This document shows, one piece after another, positions 19,607-30,389 of a stretch of DNA of 64,000 bases (its first letter is position 1; each line of letters begins with the position of its first letter). Where the stretch lies: NCBI GenBank assembly GCA_039818205.1, contig JBCBUK010000006.1, forward strand, positions 128,001 through 192,000. The letters are read 5' to 3'. Under the pieces are notes generated by a model. That model was not told where the DNA came from. It searched no databases and worked only from the letters and a program-made list of their open reading frames with translations. The stretch comes from Verrucomicrobiota bacterium (GTDB lineage Bacteria > Verrucomicrobiota > Verrucomicrobiia > Opitutales > Cerasicoccaceae). The translations under genes and the position numbers were made by a program.

Positions 19607-21861
19607 GGGCTTTCCGGGGAAGGCTTTTGATCTGAGGCATCGTCGTCTTCGATCGTTTTGAAGAGCGCGATTCCACCGTTAACAGCATCGACTGCCAGGT
19701 TAAGTTTGCTGGCCGCGTTCTGGAATCCGTCCAGAGCGGCCTTCGTTTGGATAGCAGCGGTGTTGAGTGATTCCACTGCTTCGGAAATTTGGCTGGCTCC
19801 GCTGGCCTGGGCATCCATGCCCTCCTTGACCGCTTCGAACCGTGGGGTGAGGCTTTCGACCTCGGAGATGATGTTTTCCATTTGGGAGCTCAGGCGGCCA
19901 ACACTGTCAACACTACTGCGGACGGCTTCGTTGAACTTATCCATCTCCATGACTCCGGCGCTCACGCTCGATTGCATCTCCTTGACCATTTGTTCGATGT
20001 CCAAAGTGGCAACTGCAGTCTGGTCCGCCAAGCGTCGAATTTCCCGGGCGACGACGGCAAACCCGAGTCCGAACTCACCAGCTTTCTCCGCTTCGATGGC
20101 CGCATTGAGGGACAGGAGATTGGTTTGGTCGGCGACCTTGGCAATGGTGGTGACCACGTTGTTGATATTCTGTGCCTTTTCCGCGATGATAGAAAGCTTG
20201 CCCGAAACCGATTTCGTGGCGACGGACAGGTCCTCGACGTCGTCCCGCATCGTATCTAGGTGGCTCCTGCCTTCGCCGGCGAGCGTGGTCGTCTGATGCG
20301 CGCCCTTGGAGACATTTTTCATCGTGTTGGACAGCTCGAGTGAGGTCGTGGAAATCTCTTTAACCGCAGCGGCGATCTGGGTGCTTGATGAGCCAAAGTC
20401 TTGCGCGGTGCCGGTCTGTAGTTTGGCGGTGCCGCTGATTTCCTGGGCCGACTCGGTCAATTGATTTGAGGCCCCCTTCATCTCGGATACGAGCTGCTCC
20501 AGGTTGCCGATCATATCCTGGATGGCCCGAAAGAGTTCGCCGGTTTCGTCTTGAGCTAGCGATAGGTCGCGCAGCTTAGATTGCGTGTTGCAGCGTTCCC
20601 GAATCGAGGCTTGGGCTTCGGCAAGTTCGCCGCGGGCAACATAGCCAGCGATCTCAGTTAGGTAGGTGATGGGGCTGGCAATCCAGGCACCCAGCCAAGT
20701 GGCGACGACGAAGATCACGACTAAGAGCCCAAAAGCGCCAACGAGTGTCCAAAACAGGATTTCATTGAAAACCTGGCGAATTTGTCGGTGCGGCTCGGCG
20801 AAGTCTTCCTGAAAGGCGGTCACGCCAATCACCCAATCCCAGGGTGCGAAGTAGGTGAAGTGAATGTTGAGCTGATGTTCGACTCCCTGGAAGTCCTGCC
20901 AGAAAAACGTATCGTCTTCGACGATACCGGGTTCCAAGCCGATGGCTCGTTTGCGAATCGTGTCGAAAAACGTGTCTCCATTGAGATCCCGCGTTGTCTC
21001 GATGTCCTCACTGTGTGGGAACTGGCCGCTGGTGAGAACAAAGTCTCCTGCGCGGTTGTTGTCCAACCCAAACATGACCCATACGTAGCCGTTGTCGCCC
21101 ATCTCGATCTCAGAGATCGCCGTCCGCAAGGCGGGCGTTGCCTCCTGGCGCACCCCAACATAGAGCATTCCGACGACGTAGCCGCGCTCATTGAATATCG
21201 GGCGATAGGAGGTCAAATACCATCGGTTGACGACGAATGCGCGGCCTTCAAATACTTCGCGCTCCTTGACGACGCGCTTGATTACCGGATTCGGTAGCCC
21301 GTCGTTGTTCATTGCTGGGATGAAGGTGCCGACGGCACGGAAGCCATCGTGGCCTTCCACATTCGTTGCGACCCGCAGCATGTCACCTTCTTCGTTGATC
21401 CGTTGGAAGATCGTGCAGGTGCCGCCGACTAAGTCCTTAACCTGGTCAACGACGGGTGAGCGCGTGGTGAAGGTTTTGTTGGGCCGGATCACCGTGTCGC
21501 CAACAATCATCTCCGGGAGGGCGACCGAGCGTGAATCGTCGGGATCATACTGGTTGCGCGCGGACCAGACCACGGATTCCTCACCAAAATTGATGCCGCC
21601 TTGATTTTTGAGCACGTAGTCCGCAACCGAAAGCGTTTTGTTTACCTGCTTCTGGGTGAGGACATTGGCCACGTTACATAGGCTATAGATGTCCTCCACC
21701 GAGTGATCCAGGTTCTCACCAATGATTTCATCGATCTCCTTATCAATCACCTTGCTGCTTTGCCGTTCCTGGACAGCGATCAAGATTGCCAGACCGAGGA
21801 CTGGCAAAAGGGCCGAGAAAATCGCCAGACCCGCAACCTTGTGACGTAAGCGAAGCTTCAT
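19603..21861 (-). CDS. Methyl-accepting chemotaxis protein, Cache_3/Cache_2-like sensor (start at MKLRL)
   Basis: [38 protein letters not shown], WspA-type tip [25 protein letters not shown]. Confidence 0.93.
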   Translation of the reverse strand: MKLRLRHKVAGLAIFSALLPVLGLAILIAVQERQSSKVIDKEIDEIIGENLDHSVEDIYSLCNVANVLTQKQVNKTLSVADYVLKNQGGINFGEESVVWSARNQYDPDDSRSVALPEMIVGDTVIRPNKTFTTRSPVVDQVKDLVGGTCTIFQRINEEGDMLRVATNVEGHDGFRAVGTFIPAMNNDGLPNPVIKRVVKEREVFEGRAFVVNRWYLTSYRPIFNERGYVVGMLYVGVRQEATPALRTAISEIEMGDNGYVWVMFGLDNNRAGDFVLTSGQFPHSEDIETTRDLNGDTFFDTIRKRAIGLEPGIVEDDTFFWQDFQGVEHQLNIHFTYFAPWDWVIGVTAFQEDFAEPHRQIRQVFNEILFWTLVGAFGLLVVIFVVATWLGAWIASPITYLTEIAGYVARGELAEAQASIRERCNTQSKLRDLSLAQDETGELFRAIQDMIGNLEQLVSEMKGASNQLTESAQEISGTAKLQTGTAQDFGSSSTQIAAAVKEISTTSLELSNTMKNVSKGAHQTTTLAGEGRSHLDTMRDDVEDLSVATKSVSGKLSIIAEKAQNINNVVTTIAKVADQTNLLSLNAAIEAEKAGEFGLGFAVVAREIRRLADQTAVATLDIEQMVKEMQSSVSAGVMEMDKFNEAVRSSVDSVGRLSSQMENIISEVESLTPRFEAVKEGMDAQASGASQISEAVESLNTAAIQTKAALDGFQNAASKLNLAVDAVNGGIALFKTIEDDDASDQKPSPESP

Positions 21862-22021
21862 TCCATCGAAATGGTAAGATAGAACATCCTGTCGGTCTCC
21901 CAAACTCTTGGCAAGGCGAGAGTTCCGCCAGAAATACGAGGATTGCCATTGCCTTGGGAATAAGTCATTGTGTTCTCGCTTCTTAAGAGTCCCCGTCTAA
22001 CTTCACAACGCTTCTTCGGTT

Positions 22022-24100
22022 TTGGCGTTTAATATTCACCTCCAATCTCGCCCGTTGCGCGATAAGCTATCGATTACGATCGCTTTGACCGGATTTGTGG
22101 TTCTCGTTTTGGCGGCTGCCGGGATGGCAACCTATCAGTGTTTTGCCAGTTTGAAGCACATGGAGGACCTGCTGCGCTCCAACGCAACCTTGATTGCGGG
22201 AGAGCTAGTTTCGGCGACCGATCAGCAGGAGGAAGACGAGATTCATACTGCCCTACGGTCGCCACTAGACAACGAGAACCTCTTGTGGACGAGCTTCCGG
22301 AGCAGTGATGGTGAGACCACGTATGCCTACGCGAGCGGCCGGCATGAGCCCGAGATTCCTGGATTGGAGTTGGAGGAGAAAATGTCGCTGCGCGATGGCA
22401 TGGCCATCCTGCATTTTCGGGTAATTAAGAATGGCCGCTACTATGGGACGCTTTCGCTTGCCTCAAATCTGAATCCGCTCTGGCACTCGATGCTCACGGG
22501 CCTGGGGGCAACCATGCTCGTGGTTTCCGTCTGTATGATCGTGGCGCTACGCTTGTCTTGCCGCTTGTTGGAGTTTATTTTAGTTCCCGTGCGGCAATTA
22601 GCGGAAACGGCAGGGCGCATCACTCGATCCAACAATTTTTCGCTTCGTGCGATTAAGCAAACGGATGACGAACTTGGCCGGCTGACGGAGTCATTCAACC
22701 ATATGCTCGAGCATATCGAAAAACGGGAATCGGACCTCAAGGTGACTCAGTCCGAACTCGAGACCAAGGTTGAGCAACTCAACAAGGAGCAGGATCAGTT
22801 GCGGCAAGCGCAGGACCGGGAACGTCGGCTGCAGCAACGATTGGTCATTGCTCAGCGCTTGGAGTCACAGAATCTCCGACATGCGAAGGAGCAGGCTGAA
22901 TCTTCCAGCAGTGCCAAATCGGAGTTTCTCGCTTCGATGAGTCACGAGATCCGAACGCCAATGAATGGTATCATGGGCTTTGCCTCCCTGCTCCGCGAAA
23001 CCAAGCTCGATGAGGAGCAAGCGGAATTGGCGGACATCATTCATTCGAGTGCCAACAATTTGCTGACGCTCCTGAATGACCTCCTCGACTTCTCCAAGAT
23101 TGAGTCCGGCAAGATCGATTTGGACTACGCGCCTTGCGACTTGGACGGTCTCTTGGTTGAGGTGGAATCGATCTTCCGTCACGAGATCTTGCGCAAAAGC
23201 ATCAAATTCTCCGTCCACTGCAGCTCGCGAACCCCCAAAACGATTGTCACCGACGCTGGGCGCCTGCGCCAAATCTTATTTAACCTGGCTGGAAACGCGA
23301 TAAAGTTCACGGACGAAGGATCGGTTGAGGTCCATATCGACGCAATGGCGGTTGGTAAAGAGCAACCGCTGGCGGAGTACTCGTTGAGCATCGAGGTGCG
23401 CGATACTGGCATTGGTATCGCAGAATCTGATTTGAAGAGAATTTTCAACTCCTTCACGCAAGTGGATGCGTCGACCACCAAGCGTTATGGCGGTGCGGGG
23501 TTGGGCTTGGCGATTACCCGCCGGCTGACCGAGATGCTTGGCGGTGAAGTTGGTGTAAAGAGTGACCCCGGAAAAGGCTCAACGTTCTTTGTGAATATTC
23601 CTGTCCGCGGTGCGAAGATCGGGGCTGGTGGTGATTTACTGGAATCGATTCCCACGGCTCCCAATGGGACGCCTTTACGCGTTTTGGTTGCTGAGGACAG
23701 TCATGTCAGCCAGAAGCTATGCGAAGCCTTGCTGAAGAAACGAGGTCATTTCGCGCAGATTGTCGGCACGGGGGAGGAGTTACTACGCCAGTTTGAACCC
23801 CGAAAGTTCGATGTGGTCGTGGCTGATGTTCATATGCCCAACATTGATGGCTTCACGGCGATCGCAAAGATTCGCAAACGTGAGAGCGAAGTCGAGGACC
23901 CAGAGTACCTTCCCGTGTATGTGATTGTGGTAACCGCAGATGCCATTGGCAGCAATCGGGAGAGTGCGCTTCGGGCGGGGGCGGACGAATACCTCAACAA
24001 GCCCATGGTCAAGGAGGAGTTTCTGGCGTTAATTCGCAAGGCTCAAGAGCGGGTTGACCGGCCGGCTGAGCACAATAAAGGCCCAACCGAGAACGGTTGA
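22022..24100 (+). CDS. Hybrid sensor histidine kinase (TM-HAMP-HisKA-HATPase-REC)
   Basis: SMSHEIRTPMNG, NAIKFT, DTGIG, GAGLGL, REC VAEDS..ADVHMP..KP; TTG start uncertain. Confidence 0.93.
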   Translation: MAFNIHLQSRPLRDKLSITIALTGFVVLVLAAAGMATYQCFASLKHMEDLLRSNATLIAGELVSATDQQEEDEIHTALRSPLDNENLLWTSFRSSDGETTYAYASGRHEPEIPGLELEEKMSLRDGMAILHFRVIKNGRYYGTLSLASNLNPLWHSMLTGLGATMLVVSVCMIVALRLSCRLLEFILVPVRQLAETAGRITRSNNFSLRAIKQTDDELGRLTESFNHMLEHIEKRESDLKVTQSELETKVEQLNKEQDQLRQAQDRERRLQQRLVIAQRLESQNLRHAKEQAESSSSAKSEFLASMSHEIRTPMNGIMGFASLLRETKLDEEQAELADIIHSSANNLLTLLNDLLDFSKIESGKIDLDYAPCDLDGLLVEVESIFRHEILRKSIKFSVHCSSRTPKTIVTDAGRLRQILFNLAGNAIKFTDEGSVEVHIDAMAVGKEQPLAEYSLSIEVRDTGIGIAESDLKRIFNSFTQVDASTTKRYGGAGLGLAITRRLTEMLGGEVGVKSDPGKGSTFFVNIPVRGAKIGAGGDLLESIPTAPNGTPLRVLVAEDSHVSQKLCEALLKKRGHFAQIVGTGEELLRQFEPRKFDVVVADVHMPNIDGFTAIAKIRKRESEVEDPEYLPVYVIVVTADAIGSNRESALRAGADEYLNKPMVKEEFLALIRKAQERVDRPAEHNKGPTENG

Positions 24101-24127
24101 GCCTGGAAATTGATCCCTGAGAACTAA

Positions 24128-24463
24128 CTAGGAGAGTGCTTCCACTGCTTCTTCGCGAGTCCCGTAGATTGGGAAAATCGAGGTGAAGCCAGAGATTTCG
24201 AACACTTGCTTAACGTTCGGATTGAGGGTCGAAAGAGCGATCGAACCGCTGAGTTTTTTGAACTGCTTGGCGGCTGCGAGAAGAACGCGCAAACCAGCAC
24301 TGCTGATGTAATCGAGTTCGCGGCAGTCGACGAGCACTTTGGCTTCCTTGGCTTCGACAAGAGCGTTGAGGGTCTCCTCAAGCTGCCCGGAAGTACCTGC
24401 ATCCAAGCGGCCCTTCAAGCTGACAATATTGGTGCTGTCCTGTTTTTCCTGATTGATTTCCAC
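24128..24463 (-). CDS. STAS-domain anti-sigma factor antagonist
   Basis: GRLD, LDYISSAGLRVLL, VFEISGF; GTG start. Confidence 0.9.
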   Translation of the reverse strand: MEINQEKQDSTNIVSLKGRLDAGTSGQLEETLNALVEAKEAKVLVDCRELDYISSAGLRVLLAAAKQFKKLSGSIALSTLNPNVKQVFEISGFTSIFPIYGTREEAVEALS

Positions 24464-24669
24464 AGTGGTAAGGGGGTTCGTCGATTAAGTTAGTAAAAGA
24501 ATTTTGATTGTCCAAAAAATGAGGAGACAGCCCCGGGTTCAAGGTTTTTTATGCATTGGGCAGATATTTCATTTTGAGCAGCAACTCATCTTTAGAGCCA
24601 ATTGGGGCAAATATCACCGTCGGTCTCGCCACCGTTACCGAGGCCGGGAGCGGGTACTTGGGCCGGTAT

Positions 24670-26523
24670 TTACGATTCGGCTATGTAGGGATTGTCGAGT
24701 TTCTTTGAAACCTTGCGGAGATAGGGATGGTCGGCCTGACTGACTGTAATCGTGGTCCCTTGCACGTGGACCATGTTTTGCAATTGTTCCGTGATTTGAT
24801 CAGTCTCTTCCTCGGGCAGGCGTGTTTCAATGGCGAGTACGTAAATTGGATAGTGGTCGTAGTAGTCAGCTTTCTTTTCCAAAAGCACAATGTGACTGAT
24901 TGAGCCCTCGAATAGTTCGCAGGTATGGATTATGTCGACCCATTCGTTCTCCGGAAGGCTCGGTACGCTAAAATCATCGTCTCGACTCACGGAAAGGCGC
25001 TCTGGGGCGTAGAGGTTGGCGTTGTCGTAGAACTGCTCGATGTGCGATTGCAGCACATCGGCTGTTTCGCGGTCGCGAACCCGCAAGGACCACTCATAGG
25101 CGAAAAGAGCGGCTTGGAGATAGCACATCGGATCGCCTTCCATGGCCTGATAAAAGTGTTTCAAGCAGTCATCAGCATCGAGGCGAAATTTCATTATGCC
25201 GATGGCCAGCTGGGCGTGAGCGCAATTCGGGTAGAGTCGGCCGAATTCTAAGAAATATTTGAGCGAATCGCGCGGTCCATAAATTTCCGAAGCCAATTTG
25301 GCCAACTGCCATCGATAGGCGGGCAGCGGGTGCTCCTTGATTAAGTTGCGCAGCCGATTGACTTGTTTGTCCTTCTCGCGAAGTATTTCGTGTTCGATTC
25401 TCCAGGAAAGCATGGTTCCGCGGCACCAAAGCTCATCGATTTCGGTGACTAACTGGGCCGACGCGCGGCCAAAGTAGTATTCTCCCGCACTGCGCTCGTT
25501 GGAAAAATTGAGTTGAGGCTCTTCGCCGACCGATGCCAGACGATCAGCAAGTGCCGGGTGGGTATCGCCAGGCATCGTTCGCTCCTGCATGGCGCGTTGG
25601 ACGTAGTGGGGGCCACGGCGCATCCAAAGGTCCTGAGTGGTCATTTTGATCATCCGCTGGAGGAGGCCCACCGGCGGCTCCCGGTGGTAATACATCTCCA
25701 TCCGGACCCGGTCCTGAATTTCCTGGTTCAGGAAGCCCACGGTTGCCTCAACCTTACAGAGTGAGGACGCGATGTCTTGCGGGTCCGAATAGTGGGCGGA
25801 AAACCAGTCGGCTTTATACTCGGCAAGCCGGCCTTTGACGAGGCGCCAGGCGCTCATTCTGGGGGCCAGCCATCGGTAGAGCGGGAGGAAAAGATAATGG
25901 CGCCAGCTGCGTTTTTCGGCGTTCAGGCCGGCTAGGCGTTCCCAGGTATGCATGACGCGTAAAAAGAACGACCCTGAGGCGCCATCGTGGTTCACAATGT
26001 GGCCCATCTCGTGGGTCACAACCGTTCGAAACTGCTCGGTACTCAGGAGGTAGAGCAGCGGGAGTCCAATGATCAAGTAGTTCTTCGGAAAGAAGAGATT
26101 GAGCAGTCTTGGTTGCTGGATGATGGCCGCGTTCACATCCAGTACGAAGTAAATCTGGTGGATCTTCGGGCAACCCGTCATCCGGCGTATTTGTTCAATC
26201 TCGGTCCGAAATTTCTGACTGGTTTGGTCATCGATGATGAGGCCCTCAGGTGCTGGTATCTCAAACCAAAGTGCCCGCAGAATCGCTTTGAAAAGGAGTA
26301 CGCCGACCAGTAAAATAACCAACTTCCACGGATAGCCATCGAACGATTGAAAAAGAAGGTATCCGCCAACCCCCATCAACCCGATCGCTATGCTAATTAG
26401 CAGTATTGGATAGCCGTAACAAAGGAGACAAAAACGTCGGTATTGCTTCTCGAAGCGCTCAGGATTGGCTTCCGAGAGTTCTGTCAGTCGCCGATTCAGC
26501 GCTTCATACTCAGACTTTTTCAT
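24670..26523 (-). CDS. M48 (HtpX/Ste24-like) zinc metalloprotease with C-terminal extension
   Basis: N-terminal TMs, DVNAA, IGLPLL, HEMGH, EYKAD, THPALADRL; start taken at MKKSEY. Confidence 0.85.
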   Translation of the reverse strand: MKKSEYEALNRRLTELSEANPERFEKQYRRFCLLCYGYPILLISIAIGLMGVGGYLLFQSFDGYPWKLVILLVGVLLFKAILRALWFEIPAPEGLIIDDQTSQKFRTEIEQIRRMTGCPKIHQIYFVLDVNAAIIQQPRLLNLFFPKNYLIIGLPLLYLLSTEQFRTVVTHEMGHIVNHDGASGSFFLRVMHTWERLAGLNAEKRSWRHYLFLPLYRWLAPRMSAWRLVKGRLAEYKADWFSAHYSDPQDIASSLCKVEATVGFLNQEIQDRVRMEMYYHREPPVGLLQRMIKMTTQDLWMRRGPHYVQRAMQERTMPGDTHPALADRLASVGEEPQLNFSNERSAGEYYFGRASAQLVTEIDELWCRGTMLSWRIEHEILREKDKQVNRLRNLIKEHPLPAYRWQLAKLASEIYGPRDSLKYFLEFGRLYPNCAHAQLAIGIMKFRLDADDCLKHFYQAMEGDPMCYLQAALFAYEWSLRVRDRETADVLQSHIEQFYDNANLYAPERLSVSRDDDFSVPSLPENEWVDIIHTCELFEGSISHIVLLEKKADYYDHYPIYVLAIETRLPEEETDQITEQLQNMVHVQGTTITVSQADHPYLRKVSKKLDNPYIAES

Positions 26524-26662
26524 TGTAGCGGGGTGGGACGGGTGACACTGCAGAGAATCCTCCTGACGACAATGTTTATCGGCTTGTATTGTTTGGTCAG
26601 CCGATCGACTTATCGCGGAAATCAATTGCGTGGGTAGGGTGCGCGATATTGATTGTTAGCAG

Positions 26663-27151
26663 ATGAAATTCCACGGACCAGTTACGGAGGCGGATTTTGT
26701 GTCCGCACAATGGCTTTACATTGCAGCAAATCCTAAGGCTGTGCTCGTCCGGTTGGGTTTAATCATCGGAATAATCGTGTTGGTAGCCATTCTCCTAAGT
26801 CGCGAGGTCATGGAACTAATGCCGTTTTTTCTAGCCGCCCTGGTCTTTGCTTTTCTACTGATAATCTTTTACTGGCCCTACCGTTGGAAGATGTACTATC
26901 GGCGACAGAAAGCGCTCCAGGCGAGTTTCACCTGGGAGTTTGATGGGGATTCGATCCAAACGAATTCGCCGTTGGCGCAGGGAACGGTTCAGTGGGAGGT
27001 CTTTTCCCGTTGGAAGGAGGGCAACGGATTATTCCTGCTGTTTCAAACTGAGCGGATGATGAATATTCTGCCCAAACACGGATTTGCATCGGACGAGGAT
27101 GTCGATGCGTTTCGCGAGCTGCTGAAGGAAAAGATTGGCCCCAAACGATGA
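26663..27151 (+). CDS. YcxB-like membrane protein
   Basis: Two TMs followed by W..F..WKE..LFLL..ILPK..F C-terminal domain. Confidence 0.75.
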   Translation: MKFHGPVTEADFVSAQWLYIAANPKAVLVRLGLIIGIIVLVAILLSREVMELMPFFLAALVFAFLLIIFYWPYRWKMYYRRQKALQASFTWEFDGDSIQTNSPLAQGTVQWEVFSRWKEGNGLFLLFQTERMMNILPKHGFASDEDVDAFRELLKEKIGPKR

Positions 27152-27269
27152 AAATTTGTCTGCCAAGGCTTGTCCGCTTTGGTGCGCTGCCACCATTTTA
27201 TAGGACGAATCGAAAGGCTGGATCAGGTTGCGTTCGGCCTCCCGCTGCGACGCTCGGTCCCGCGGTCAA

Positions 27270-28127
27270 CTAGCTCTTCTCGAGAACTTCAACGGCGCCG
27301 GATTGGGCCGCGACGATAAGTGGACGCTGCGAGAGAATTTCGCCGGGTTGGCCCATGAGGTGGTCGAGTACCTTGGTTCGCCAAATAAAGGTCCGTTGGC
27401 CTGGGAAAATCTGGTCGCAGAAAGCTCCCGGGTAGGGATGGGTCACCGCCCGGACAAGGTTGTGAACCGCGCGGGCATCCTGATACCAGTCGATCCGTCC
27501 ATCTTCCGGGCGTCGTCCGCCAAAATAGGTTGCTTGAGATTCATCCTGGGGGATGCGCGGAGCCGTGCCAGCTAGCAGCGCCTGAACCTGTCGCTCGAGA
27601 ACCCGAACTCCTGCGTCGCGGACCCGGCGCATGACGTCAATTGCGGGCTCATCCGGGCCGATCGTGACGGCTTCCTGATCAACGATGTCGCCAGCGTCCG
27701 GTGCATCGACCATATGGTGGAGCGTGGCGCCCGTTTGGGTCTCCCCCTTGAGCACAGCCCAGTTGACCGGAGCGCGTCCACGGTACTTCGGGAGGTAGGA
27801 GCCGTGCAGGTTGAAGGCGCCCAAAGCGGCTTTTTCCAGCAGCCACTCGGGAAGCATATTCCGATAGTAGAATGAGAGAATGACCCAAGGCCGCAATTGT
27901 TCTTCGATCAGGGTTTCGTGTTCGGCTCGGGTGATTTTTTCCGGCTTGAACACGGGGATATGGTGCTCCTCGGCTAGCTTACTGACCGAGGGAAACCACT
28001 GATTCTCGTTCGGGTTGTCTTCGTGGGTGAAAACGCCGACGACCCGGCAATTCTGCTGCAGCAAGACCTTTAGGCACGCATGGCCCACGTCGCTGTAGCC
28101 GAAGACCAATACTCGTGGCGACTCCAT
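27270..28127 (-). CDS. Stand-alone formyltransferase (ArnA N-terminal domain / Fmt family)
   Basis: VFTHEDNPNENQWF, SFYYR, NLHGSYLPKYRGRAPVNWA, DAGDIV, YFGGRRPEDGRIDW, AVTHPYPGAF. Confidence 0.88.
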   Translation of the reverse strand: MESPRVLVFGYSDVGHACLKVLLQQNCRVVGVFTHEDNPNENQWFPSVSKLAEEHHIPVFKPEKITRAEHETLIEEQLRPWVILSFYYRNMLPEWLLEKAALGAFNLHGSYLPKYRGRAPVNWAVLKGETQTGATLHHMVDAPDAGDIVDQEAVTIGPDEPAIDVMRRVRDAGVRVLERQVQALLAGTAPRIPQDESQATYFGGRRPEDGRIDWYQDARAVHNLVRAVTHPYPGAFCDQIFPGQRTFIWRTKVLDHLMGQPGEILSQRPLIVAAQSGAVEVLEKS

Positions 28128-28132
28128 GGCAA

Positions 28133-28894
28133 CTAGGCTTTTCCGTGGTTTGCACGGACGATGGCCCCGCCCAGCCGGTTTTCGTGGATCGCGTTATAGA
28201 GCTGCGTGTAAAGGTTGAGCATGTGGTCGTAGAATCCCTCTGGCGTGGTTTTGCGGATCTTCTTTTCGGCGTGGCGAATATTGTCGACCAGCGTCGCATA
28301 CCAATCGGTGAAGTGCGGATGCAGCGGCTCGATCGTAAACATGTGCCAGCCGTTGCGCTCCAGGAGAGACTCGATTTTGTCGAGGTGGAGCGGGTTGGGG
28401 AGGAATGGCTTCCCGTTTTCCAGGATGGGATCCAGGTGGTAGTCGCCGCGATCGACGTAATCAAAAATCATTAGCTGTGCGGAATGTTTCGCAACTTTGG
28501 ATAGTGCGTCCAATGCGCCCGGCTGGTTCTGAAAGGCATAAAACGCATTGAAGCTCACCACAAAATCGAATTCGCCATCGACGAGTTGGTCGGTTTCGGC
28601 TGCGTCTCCCGTGATGAAATTGTTCCGCTCGTAAGTTTCGTTGGCGTAGACAACCGCGCTGCGGTTGATCTCGATGCCCGTGACCTTACCCCAGCTCTGG
28701 CGCCGGATATATTCGGCGGTTGCACCAAGGCCGCTACCCACGTCGAGTATGCGTTGAGACGGGTTGCGCTGAACGTTCTTAAAAACGAGGTCAACGGCCT
28801 CCTCTTCTCCGGCGTGAGCGTAATCGGCTTTTCGGACCAGGCTGAGTGCCTGTTTTCCAGCCAGGCTATTCATTTCGATCATGGCTTCGGGCAT
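28133..28894 (-). CDS. Class I SAM-dependent methyltransferase
   Basis: ILDVGSGLG motif I, VTGIEI, FITGDA. Confidence 0.85.
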   Translation of the reverse strand: MPEAMIEMNSLAGKQALSLVRKADYAHAGEEEAVDLVFKNVQRNPSQRILDVGSGLGATAEYIRRQSWGKVTGIEINRSAVVYANETYERNNFITGDAAETDQLVDGEFDFVVSFNAFYAFQNQPGALDALSKVAKHSAQLMIFDYVDRGDYHLDPILENGKPFLPNPLHLDKIESLLERNGWHMFTIEPLHPHFTDWYATLVDNIRHAEKKIRKTTPEGFYDHMLNLYTQLYNAIHENRLGGAIVRANHGKA

Positions 28895-29001
28895 CCAGCC
28901 ATGAAGAAGGATTTCGGATTCGGTGTAAAGTCTGCGGGCAAAACAGTTTCGTCGAGTTGGTCGGAATCGATAAACTTATCCAGTCAGCGTTTCCCGAGGG
29001 G

Positions 29002-29190
29002 CTAGCCGAAATAAATCGCGAGTGCGAATTGCGCCGCCAGAATCACGATAAAAATCAGGTAGACCAATCCAGCGAAAAGATCTGGCCGCAGTTTTCGTTC
29101 GCGTGGCTTCGCCGCCGCCGAACTTGAGATTTCAGGCTGCGGAACCTTCCGCCCGGCAAGCTTTTCGGTGAGATCAACGGGCGAGGGCAT
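29002..29190 (-). CDS. Small hypothetical protein with C-terminal TM helix
   Basis: 62-aa ATG ORF with hydrophobic C-terminus, filling the gap divergent from atpB. Confidence 0.45.
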   Translation of the reverse strand: MPSPVDLTEKLAGRKVPQPEISSSAAAKPRERKLRPDLFAGLVYLIFIVILAAQFALAIYFG

Positions 29191-29360
29191 GGTCTGCAGG
29201 CATTAAAATTTTGGGCATTCCAGATTAGCTCACCTGATGGCCATGAACAGTTTTTCTGGTAACGCTCATTAGTAGTCGATTTCTAGTATTGACGCTCCCC
29301 ACCTTTCCGTCAACTCATAGCCCCATCATTTACACCTGAATGGTTCCCGACTCCCTCGGC

Positions 29361-30299
29361 ATGACCGCACTTCGCAAATTTCTCCTTCCATTATCGCTTC
29401 TACTCACCGCAAGCCCTGCAATGGCTGCTGGTGACGGCGGTGTCAGTCCCTACGCCTACACCCTCTTCAAGATCGGTGGCATTCCCGTTACGAACGCCAT
29501 GGTGACTGGGTGGATGATCTCACTGCTGTTGATTTTTGGTGTCCGCAAGCTGGTTGGCAAGCCGCAGATTGTGCCGTCAAAGGGCCAAGCGATGGTCGAA
29601 AGCATGCTCAAGGGCGTTTACGACATCATGGAACCAATTATCGGCAAAAAGCTGATTGGTAAGGTATTTCCGCTCCTCATTACGCTTTTCTTGTTCATTT
29701 TGATCAATAACTGGAGCGGTTTGTTCCCCGGTGTTGGATCCTTCGGTCACTTCACACCGGATTACATGGTTCCTGCGGATCACGTGGAGGAGGCGAAAGA
29801 AGCCGGTCTAACCGTCCGTAAGTTCGACGATACCTACTACGTTGGTCACTTCTATTACTACTTTCGTCCGGCCAATGCCGACTTGAACACCACCTTGGCT
29901 TTGGCCATCATTTCCTTCATCGCATGGATCTGGTATGTGCTGCGTTATGCGGGCCCGGGCGTGCTCTTCTTCGACCTGTTCGGAAACAAGGCGGACAAGA
30001 ACGAAGTTCCGGGTTTTATCTACATTCCGCTCTTTGGCGTCTTTGGCTTGGTCGGTGTCATTGAAGTCGTATCGATTCTGTCGCGTCTGGTTTCATTGCC
30101 ATTCCGTCTGTTTGGTAACGTCTTCGGGGGAGAAAACCTGCTGACCAGTATGCACGGCATGATCGCCTGGTTCGTTCCCGTTCCTTTCTTTTTCTTGGAG
30201 ATCCTGATTGGCCTCGTTCAAGCCTTGGTCTTCACGCTCCTGACCGCTGTTTACATCGGCTTGATTGTTAACCACGGCGACGAGGAACACGCACACTAA
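29361..30299 (+). CDS. atpB: F0 ATP synthase subunit a (alternative start 29340)
   Basis: NNWSGLFPG, PANADLNTT, SLPFRLFGNVFGGE, QALVFTLL. Confidence 0.96.
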   Translation: MTALRKFLLPLSLLLTASPAMAAGDGGVSPYAYTLFKIGGIPVTNAMVTGWMISLLLIFGVRKLVGKPQIVPSKGQAMVESMLKGVYDIMEPIIGKKLIGKVFPLLITLFLFILINNWSGLFPGVGSFGHFTPDYMVPADHVEEAKEAGLTVRKFDDTYYVGHFYYYFRPANADLNTTLALAIISFIAWIWYVLRYAGPGVLFFDLFGNKADKNEVPGFIYIPLFGVFGLVGVIEVVSILSRLVSLPFRLFGNVFGGENLLTSMHGMIAWFVPVPFFFLEILIGLVQALVFTLLTAVYIGLIVNHGDEEHAH

Positions 30300-30389
30300 A
30301 CTTTCTTTATAGAGAACACTTTCCTGGCTGGGACCATTGACCAATGAGCGTGGGCAGCCGGGTGTAAAAACAACAAACACAATCGAAAA

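Noticed and set aside
29289..29313. TTGACG-N13-CGTCAA inverted repeat upstream of atpB
   Set aside because: Probably just a -35 element; no convincing -10 or second copy to support an operator
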